DNA of 44,105 bases from Chiloscyllium plagiosum (Eukaryota): positions 22,924,952 through 22,969,056 of the forward strand of contig NC_057718.1 of assembly GCF_004010195.1 (NCBI RefSeq), in the 5' to 3' direction. Below, piece by piece: positions 35,789 through 44,105 of the stretch. A model generated the notes under the pieces. That model was given only the letters and a program-made list of their open reading frames with translations, had not been told where the DNA came from and made no database searches. The translations under genes and the position numbers were made by a program. The stretch's first letter is position 1. Each line of letters opens with the position of its first letter.

Positions 35789-36861
35789 ATGCCAAACACA
35801 GCAGCAATAACTCTGTTTGGTAAGTATCACAGTATCTGATTATGCAATTTTCTTCAACTTTACAATCGGATAATGGGGCTACATTTTGAAAATGTGAGGA
35901 TTGGGGGTTTTTGAACCAATGGTCAATTTGTATATTTGGCATCTATTGCTTGAAATAGTTGGAATGCTCAAAAACACAACTCAGTGTCCCCCACAGGTTG
36001 CAGTGCAGTTTATTTGGAAGTAGACACATGACCAAAAGCAGAATGCAAATAGTGAGGCCTTCGACACTACACAAGAGATCTATATTCAGTAATCTTTAAT
36101 ATACTGATGTAAATAAAGAATGTTACTGTACTTAAGGAGTGGAAGAGCCTTACTCTAGGATACTTCATTGCTAGTAGGTCCTTTCTCAAGGTAGGAGACC
36201 AAAACTGAACACAGTTCGCCAGATGTGGCCTCACCAACGCTCTGTACGGCTGCAGCATAATCTTCCTATTTTTAAACCCCATCCTTCTAGAATGAAGGAC
36301 AATATTACACTGGCCTTCTTAAGTACCTGGTGCACCTGCAAACCAACATTTTGTGATTCATGCACAGGGACACCCAGGTCCTTCTGCACATCAGCATGCT
36401 GCAATTCTTCACCATTTAAATAGTAGTCCATTTTGCTATTATTCTTGCCAAAATGGATGGCCTCATATTTATCAACATTGTACTCCACATGCCAGATCCT
36501 TGCCCACTCACTTAACTTATTGATATTCCTCTGCAGACTTTCAGTGTCTTCTGTACACTTTGCTCTACCACTCACTTTAGTGTCATTTGCGAACTTTGAC
36601 ATAATAAACTTGGTCCCCAACTCCAAATCATCGATGAAAATTGTAAACCATTATGGTCCCAACACTGACGCCTGAGGCACACCACTAGCCACTGATTGCC
36701 AACCCAGAAAATCACCCATCTGTCCCCACTCTTTGCTTTCTGTTAGTAAATCAATCCCCTATCTGTGCTAATACATTACTCATAATTCTGTGTACTTTTA
36801 GCTCATACAGCAGCTTTTTGTGCGGCACCTTGTCGATTGCCTTCTGGAAATCCATACACAC

Positions 36862-38895
36862 TAGAGTCATAAAGATGTACAGCATGGAACCTTCGGTCTA
36901 ACCTGTCCACGCCGACCAGATATCCCAACCCAATCTAGTCCCACCTGCCAGCATCAGGCCCATATCCTTCCAAACCCTTCCTATTGATATACCAATCCAG
37001 ATGGCTTTTAAATATTTCAACCATACAAGCCTCCACCACTTCCTCTAGCAGCTCATTCCATACACGTACCACCCTCTGCATGAAATTGTTGCCCCTTAGG
37101 TCTCTTTTATGTCTTTCCCCTCTCACCCTAAGCCTATGGCCTCTAGTTCTGGACTCCCCCACCCCAGGGAAAAGACTTTGCCTATTTACCCTATCCATGC
37201 CCCTCATGATTTTATAAACCTCTATAAGGTCACCCCTCAGCCCCCGACACTCGAAGGAAAACAGCCCCAGCCTGTTCAGCCTCTTCCTGTAGTTCAAACC
37301 CTCCAACCCTGGCAACATCCTTGTAAATCTTTTCTGAACCCTTTCAAGTTTCAGAACATCTTTCCGACAGGAAGGAATCCAGAATTGCACGCAATATTCC
37401 AACAGTGGCCTAACCAATGTCCTGTACAGCTGCAACATGTCCTCCCAACTCCTGTACTGAATACTATGACCAATGAAGGAAAGCATACCAAACATCTTCT
37501 TCACTATCCTACCTATCTGTGACTCCACTTTCAAGGAGTTATGAACCTGCACCCCACAGTCTTTGTTCAGCAACACTCCCTAGGACCTTACCATTAAGTG
37601 TATAAGTCCTGCTAAGATTTGCTTTCCCAAAATGCAGCACCTCGCATTTATCTGAATTAAACTCCATCTGCCACTTCTCAGCCCATTGGCCCATCTGGTC
37701 CAGATCCTGTTGTAATCTGAGGTAACCCTCTTCGCTGTCCACTACACCTCCAATTTTGGTGTCATCTGCACATTTAATAACTATACCTCTTATGCTCACA
37801 TCCAAATCATTTATGTAAATGACAAAAAGTAGAGGACCTAGGCACCGGTCTTTTTGGCACTCCACTGGTCACAGGCCTCCAGCCTGAAAAACAGCCCTCC
37901 ACCACCATCCTCTGTCTTCTACCTCTGAGCCAGTTCCGTATCCAAATGGCTCCTTCTCTCTGTATTCCGTGAGATCTAACCTTCCTAACTACTCTCCCAT
38001 TGGGAACCTTGTCAAACGCCTTACTGAAGTCCATATAGATCACATCTACCTCTCTGCCCCCCTGGCTTGTCCTTACCACCCTTCTTAAACAGTAGCACCA
38101 CATTAGCCAACCTCCAGTCTTCCGGCACCTTACCTGTGACTATCAGTGATACAAATATCTCAGTAAGGGGCTCAGCAATCACTTCCCTGGCTTCCCACAG
38201 AGTTCTAGGATTCATCTGATCAGGTCATGGGAACATCCATCTTTATGCATTTCAAGACATCCAGTACTTCTTCATCTGTAATATGGACATTTTTCAAGAT
38301 GTCACCATCTACTTCCCTACATTCTTTCCCTTCCATGTCCTTTTCCACAGTAAATACCAATGTAAAATACCCGTTTAGTATCTCCCCCATTTTCTGCGGC
38401 TCCACAAAAAGGCCGTCTTGCTGATCTTTGAGCGACCTTATTCTCTCCTTAGTTACCCTTTTGTCCTTTATGTATTTGTAAAAACCCTTTGGATTCTCCT
38501 TAATTAATTCTATTTGTCAAAGCTATGTCATGTCCCCTTTTGCCCTCCTGATTTCCCTCTTAAGTATACTCCTACTGCCTTTACACTCTAAAAAGAATTC
38601 ACTTGATCTATCCTGTCTATACCTGCCATATGCTTCCTTCTTTTTCTTAACCAAACCCTCAATTGTTTTAGTCATCCAGCATTCCCTATATCTACCAGCC
38701 TTGCCTTTCACCCTGACAGGAATATACTTTCTCTGATTCTCGTTATCTCATTTCTGAAGACTTCCCATTTTCCAGGCGTACCATTACCTGCAAACATCTG
38801 CCCCCAATCAGCTTTTGAAAGTTCTTGCCTAATACCATCAAAATTGGCCTTTCTCCAATTTAGAACTTCAACTTTTAGATCTGCTCTATCCTTTT
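36862..38895 (-). mobile_element. Nested CR1 (HER1-like) LINE, 5'-truncated, ~2 kb
   Basis: [49 protein letters not shown]; own 3' tail at 36862; host RT sequence resumes at ~38895. Confidence 0.95.
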
Positions 38896-39029
38896 CCCCT
38901 TGTTGTCCACCATGCTAATAATGTCCTCAAAGAATTCCAGTAAATTGGTTAAACATGACCTGCCTTTCTTGAACCCATGCTGCATCTGCCCAATCATACA
39001 ATATCCATCCAGATGTTTATGGAATTCAC

Positions 39030-39348
39030 AGATAGACAGAACCCCTACAGTGTGGAAACAGGCCATTTGGCCCAACAAGACCCTCCGAAGAGTAACCCAC
39101 CCAGACCCATTCCCCTATCCTATTACTCTACATTTACCCCTGACCAATGCTGCTAATCTACACATCTCTGAACACAATGGGCAATTTAGCATGGCCAGTT
39201 CACCTAAACTGCATATCTTTGAACTGTGGGAGGAAACCCACGCAGATTCGAGGAGAATGTTTAAACTCCACACAGACAGGTGCCTGAGGCTGGATTTGAA
39301 CCCAGGTCCCTAGCGCTGTGAGGCAGCAGTGCTAACCACAGTACCACC
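39030..39348 (-). mobile_element. HE1/V-SINE-type SINE nested in the CR1
   Basis: CCCTACAGTGTGGAAACAGGCC tail through GAGGCAGCAGTGCTAACCAC head. Confidence 0.9.
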
Positions 39349-40819
39349 TTCATGTCTTACTATTTCTCCCTTGATTGTAGATTCAAGCATTTTACCCACT
39401 GGAGAGAAGTTAAGCAATCGGCCTATAGTTATCTGCCTTTCATCTGTCGCCTTTCTTAACCAGTGGTGTCAGATTTGCTGTTTTCCAATCTGCTGGAACT
39501 GCCCCAGAATCCAGTGAATTTTGAGAAATCGCCACGAGTGAATCTGCTATCTTACTTGCCATCTCTTTTGGTATCCTGGGATACACTCTATCAGGGCCAG
39601 GAGACTTGGTTTTAGCCCCATTAGCTTGCCCACCACTATCTCTTTACAGATAATGATCATTTCTAGGTCCTCACCTACCATTTCCTCTTTGTCATCAATT
39701 ATTGGCATGTTACTTGTGCTGTTTGCATCCTCTAAGGGATCAAAGTTTACCTGAGTCACTTTTTTTTCATTTTATATATTTATAGACACTTTTGCTGTCT
39801 GTTTTTATATTCTCAGCTAGTTTACTCTCATAATCCATCTTACTTTTCTTCATAGCTTTTATTGTGGCTTTCTATTGAGCATTAAAGATTTTCCAAGCCC
39901 CTTGTTTCCCACTAGTCTTTGCCACTTTGTATACATTTGCTTTCAATTTGATACCTTTCTTTATTTCCTTATTTATCCATGGCTGATGTTCTCTTGTCCT
40001 ATAGTCTTTCCTTCTCACTGGTATATGCTTTTGCTGAGCACTGTGAAAAATCACTTTGAAAGTCCTCCGCCATTCCTCAATTGTCCCATCATGTAATGTT
40101 TGCTCCCAGACTGCCTTAGCCAACTCGTCCCTCATCCCATTCTGGTCTCCTTTGTTTAAGTACAAGGCATTGGTATTGAATTTTACCTTCTCACCCTCCA
40201 TCCATATTTTACATTCAACCATACTGTAATCAATCCTTCCGAGAGGACCCCTAACTATGAGATCATCCATTATTCCTGTCTCACTACACAGGACTAGAAG
40301 TAGGATATCTTGCTCCTTCATATGCTCCATTACATGCTGTTTGATGAAACGATCGTAGATACATTCTATGAACTCCTCCTCAAGACTGCCTTGGTTTGAC
40401 CAAGCAATATGTAGATAAAAATCCCCCATGATAATTGCTGTACCTTTTCTACATGCATCAGTTATTTCTTTGTTTATTGCCTGCCCCACCATGATGTTGT
40501 TATTTGGTGGCCTATAGACTACCCCATCAGACATTTTTCCCTTATTACTTCTAATTTCCACGCACATTGATTCAACCTTTTTCTCCATCGAACCTATATC
40601 ATCTCTCACTACTGCCTTGACGTCATCCTTCTACATCAGAGCTACACTATCTCCCTTTCCTTCCTGCCTGTCCTTCTGAATTGTCTGATACTCCTGGAAA
40701 TTTAACTCCCAGTAGTGACCACCCTGCAACCATGTCTCTGTAATGGTCACTAAATCATACCCATTCACAATGATCCATGCCATCAACTCATTCATTTTGT
40801 TTCGAATGCTTCAGGTAAA

Positions 40820-41893
40820 TTGTCTTTATGCAAGTTTTATGTGAGGGTACTGAGAGATAGGATCTATTTATATTTAGATAAGAATGAGCTTCTCGGTGAT
40901 AGGCAACATGATTTTGCGTGGGGGAGATCGTGCCTTACCAACATAATAGAGTTCTTCGAGGAAGTGACCAAGTTGATAGATGAAGGAAGGGCTGTTGATG
41001 TCATATATATGGACTTTAGTAAGGTCTTTGATAAGGTTCCCCATTGTAGACTAATGGAGAAAGTGAAGTCACATGGTGTACAGGGAGTTCTAGCTAGGTG
41101 CATAAAGAACTGGTTGAGCAACAGGAGACAGAGAGTAATGGTTGAAGGGAGTTTCTCGAAATGGAGAAAGGTGACCAGTGGCGTTCAACAGTGGGAGTGC
41201 AGGTCCATTGTACCCTGAAGGTTGCTGCACAGGTGGATAGAGTGGTCAAGAAGGCATATGATATGCTTGCCTTCATTGGACGGGGTATTGAGTATAAGAG
41301 CTGGCAAGTCATGTTAAAATTATAGAAGACATTGTTTCGGCCACATTTAGAATACGGAGTACAGTTCTGGTCGCCACATTACCAAAAGGATGTCAATGCT
41401 TTGGAGAGGGTGTAGAGAAGGTTTACAAGGATGTTGCCTGGTTTGGAAGGTGCTAGCTATGAAGAGAGGTTGAGTAGGTTAGATTTATTTTCACTAGAGA
41501 AAAGGAGATTGAGGGGGGACCTGATTGAGGTTTACAAAATCATGAAGGGTATAGACAGGGTGGATAGACACAAGCTTTTTCCCAGGATGAAGAATTCAAT
41601 AACGAGAGGTCATGCTTTCAAGGTGAGAGGTGGAATGTTTAAGGGGGATACACGCAGCAAGTATGTCACACAGAGAGTGGTGGGTGTTTGGAACGCGTTG
41701 CCAGCAGAGGTGATAGAGGCAGGCACAGTGGATTAATTTAAGATGCGTCTGGACAGATGCATGAGTAGGTGGGGAGCAGAGGGATACAAATGCTTAGGAA
41801 TTGGGCGACAGGTTTAGACAGTACATTTAGATTGGCTCAGGCTTGGAGGGCAAAAGGGCCTGTTCCTGGACTGTAAGTTTTCTTTGTTCTTTT
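40820..41893 (+). mobile_element. CR1 LINE, 5'-truncated, catalytic RT core deleted
   Basis: RSCLTNIIEFFEEVT, YMDFSKVFDKVPH, VTSGVQQ then jumps (~41190) to GVQVHCTLKVAAQV, skipping FADD; C-terminus in ORF 41431..41736. Confidence 0.92.
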
Positions 41894-42049
41894 TATTCCT
41901 TCTTTTTGTATCCTAACACCTCCAAGAGAAGAATATTTGTTTTCAAACATTCTCACTTGTTCTGTTACTACCTGGTTTCCTTTCATTTTAGTACTCCACT
42001 GCTCAGCTGCTTCATAATTTTTACTTACTGTTTTTTATTTAGAAAATGA

Positions 42050-42715
42050 TAACCCCTGTTTCCGTAGACTATCCAGGGAAAATTCTTCACCTTCTGTTGG
42101 AAAAAGTGAGATCACAGTTAGACAGCAAGGGAGACAGTAAGGTCACATTGAGAGTGACAGAACTGACACAAGGCATTCAGGGCTGGGAATAGTTCCCAGA
42201 CCAGATGGGGAACTCAGATTATGTATGTTGGAGAGAGAAGTTAGATGAGTTATCCATCCACTTTCATCAGTCAATGATAGCTTGGCCAAATTGGTAAGAA
42301 GCAAGTTCTTTGGTAATTAAAACACAATTAGCAGTTTTGGCAGAAACTTCCAAAGTATCAGTTATGATGACAGAGTACATCCATTGTACCATTTGGATGG
42401 TACCATTTTTCCTGTCTGCTGTTTAGAATCTTCTCTGCACCAGAAAGTTTTCAGAAAGCGATGTCAGGAGTCCTGGAAAGAAAACGAGTAACCATTTACT
42501 ACATGGACGATATCCCAGTTACTGGTCAGATAAAAAGGAAACATGACCATAGAGTCAGGGAAGAGTTAAGGACACTCAAGAATGCAGACCTTATATTCAA
42601 AGAAAAATGCCAATCTTGAATATGACAATTTTGTTTCTGGGACACATAGGCCAAGAAAAGGCCTCTCTGTGGATCCAAAGTAACAACTGAGATCATACAG
42701 AGTTTGAACACTTGA
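42050..42715 (+). mobile_element. Decayed Ty3/Gypsy LTR-retrotransposon pol (RT) remnant
   Basis: Manual translation from ~42377: TSIVPFGWYHFSCLLFRIFSAPESFQKAMSGVLERKRVTIYYMDDIPVTG..HDHRVREELRTLKNADLIFKEKC; YMDD at 42500-42511; upstream IVPRPDGELRLC and HPLSSVNDSLAKL. Confidence 0.85.
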
Positions 42716-43168
42716 AGCTATGATTAGGAGATTTATCTTACTTGAGCTGAGAAGAGAAAGAAAATGTGATTACTGCAGAATCTGAAAAGCGATACCTCTT
42801 TGACTTAGAACTCTGAACAGATTATGAAATGTTATTCTTGTGTCAAAATAAAGCCAATGAATCAGAGTCACAGATCATCTAAACCTGTGAGATTCAGACT
42901 TTGATGTGGAAGGAGATTGAAATAATGATGTTGACGTTAATAGTGGTGCTATAAGTAATTTAAAGATAAATTTCTGGAGTAGTGTAAATCAAGCAAAAGA
43001 GAAACTTGTGGAATATATAATTGATGACATATATAATGATGTCGTTCTGACATCAGCAGAGCAATTTTAAAACAGATATCAGACTAGAAAGAAATATGTA
43101 GAGAGGTCTTAGGCACTGAAGATAACACAGAGCATCCATGGAAAGACAGCAAGCTAACATTTCGAGTC

Positions 43169-43379
43169 AAAGTTAAAAATCACACAACACCAGGTTATAG
43201 TCCAACAGGTTTAATTGGAAGCACACTAGCTTTCGGAGTGTCGCTCCTTCCATTACCACCTGATGAAGGAGCGACGCTCCGAAAGCTAGTGTGCTTCCAA
43301 TTAAACCTGTTGGAGTATAACCTGGTATAGTGTCATTTGTAATTTTGTACATCCCAGTCCAACACCAGCATCTCCAAAC
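43169..43379. mobile_element. Fold-back (inverted pLTR) non-autonomous Penelope element with TSD
   Basis: 80-bp inverted arms 43171-43250 / 43265-43344 (7 mismatches, extendable by AA/TT), 14-nt loop, ~33-nt unpaired 3' tail; TTCGAGTCAA repeated at 43161-43170 and 43380-43389. Confidence 0.9.
43257..43291 (+). ncRNA. Minimal type I hammerhead ribozyme (Penelope type)
   Basis: CAC-CTGATGA-A-GGAGC(GAC)GCTCC-GAAA-GC-TA-GTG: intact core, 5-bp stem II, palindromic AGCT in place of stem III, CUA cleavage triplet (43286-43288), 3-bp stem I. Activity not shown. Confidence 0.8.
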
Positions 43380-43959
43380 TTCGAGTCAAGGTTTATTGAG
43401 TTAAAGTGAAGTGTGGACGGGGCAACATTTATGCTGCAGTTGTGAGGTGGTGGTATGGTGGTGATGGGGTGTAGAGTGCTGGTGGAGACAAGATGTTGAT
43501 AGTTCAGATTAAATGATCGGAATGTGAGAATGGCAGAACAATGGTGTGACTAACTACCAGACTGAAAAGAACAGACAGTCCCACCTCAGTGGGAGGTGGG
43601 GGGGTGGGGGGAGGGGAGAGAGGACATGGTGACAGAGAATGTAACAACTAAAGCTAAAAGAAGTGGAAGAAATGGGACGTAGTTCACAATTTGAAGGGGT
43701 TGAACTCAATATTAACTCCCAAAGGCTGTAAAGTGCCCAGTTAAAGATGAGGTGTTACTCCTCCAGTTTACGCAGCAATTCACTAGAACACTGCAGCATA
43801 CCCAGGGCAGACAAACAGGCATGTGAGCAGAACGCTGTCTTAACATGACCGGCTATAGGAAGGATGGAGTCATGCTTGTGCACGGTTAGGAGGTGATCTG
43901 CAAAGCGGCAAAGATCTTAGACATTACTCCAGAGGGCTGTATATCTCAACATATAGGAA

Positions 43960-44105
43960 AAAACAATGACTGCAGATGCTGGAAACCAGATTCTGGATCA
44001 GTGGTGCTGGAAGAGCACAGCAATTCAGGCAGCATCCGAGGACAGGTAAAATTGACGTTTCGGGCAAAAGCCCTTCAACAGGAATAAAGGCAGAGAGCCT
44101 GAAGC
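43960..44105 (-). mobile_element. Penelope-like element terminus with mutated hammerhead; runs off the window end
   Basis: Minus strand CTGTTGA-A-GGGC(TTTT)GCCC-GAAA-CG-TC at 44081-44054 (core A6 changed to U), then GGATGCTGCCTGAATTGCTG..TTTCCAGCATCTGCAG. Confidence 0.85.

Larger units (their letters stand above)
36163..40812 (-). mobile_element. Long decayed CR1 LINE (AP endonuclease + RT), split by two nested insertions
   Basis: APE motifs GVVYRPPN, IIMGDF, IDYSMV in ORF 39872..40609; QHGFKKGRSCLTNLLEFFE at ~38900-39000; SKFANDTK in 36231..36626; YRALVRPHL at ~36230. Confidence 0.9.
43113..43910 (-). mobile_element. Penelope-like element 3' part: GIY-YIG endonuclease C-terminus and pLTR
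   Basis: Minus strand ~43908-43683 reads RFADHLLTVHKHDSILPIAGH..SHACLSALGMLQCSSELLRKLEE*HLIF/LGTLQPLGVNIEFN; pyrimidine-rich 3' region; GACTCGAAATGTTAGC hammerhead 3' half at 43153-43168. Confidence 0.85.

Noticed and set aside
40800..40830. Head-to-head CR1 junction as a twin-priming 5' inversion
   Set aside because: The two sides look like different subfamilies and both contain the same RT region, so independent insertions fit better.
44054..44081. Second active hammerhead
   Set aside because: The core reads CUGUUGA (conserved A6 lost) and stem I pairing is poor; likely inactive.

Overview
Repeat-rich, AT-rich vertebrate non-coding DNA. The repeat complement (HE1/V-SINE-type SINEs, HER1/CR1 LINEs, a Deu-domain SINE, Penelope-like elements) points to a cartilaginous fish, probably a shark (inference). 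I found no supportable host protein-coding exon, rRNA, true tRNA or CRISPR array. Every recognisable ORF is a decayed retroelement fragment: CR1 endonuclease/RT, a Ty3/Gypsy RT with YMDD at 42500-42511, and a Penelope GIY-YIG endonuclease C-terminus. Main highlights: (i) a ~210-bp fold-back Penelope-derived element at 43169-43379 carries an intact minimal hammerhead ribozyme core, has an 8-10 bp TSD, and sits inside the hammerhead remnant of another Penelope element; (ii) several more hammerhead-type Penelope termini, three of which coincide with rearrangement breakpoints; (iii) a cluster of unusually long duplications (64, 141, ~230 and 254 bp) at 24.8-28.2 kb, two of which sandwich short foreign retroelement fragments; (iv) a 151-bp inverted duplication at 662-812/1965-2115. 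Family names come from my recall of consensus features, not a database search, and repeat boundaries are approximate.
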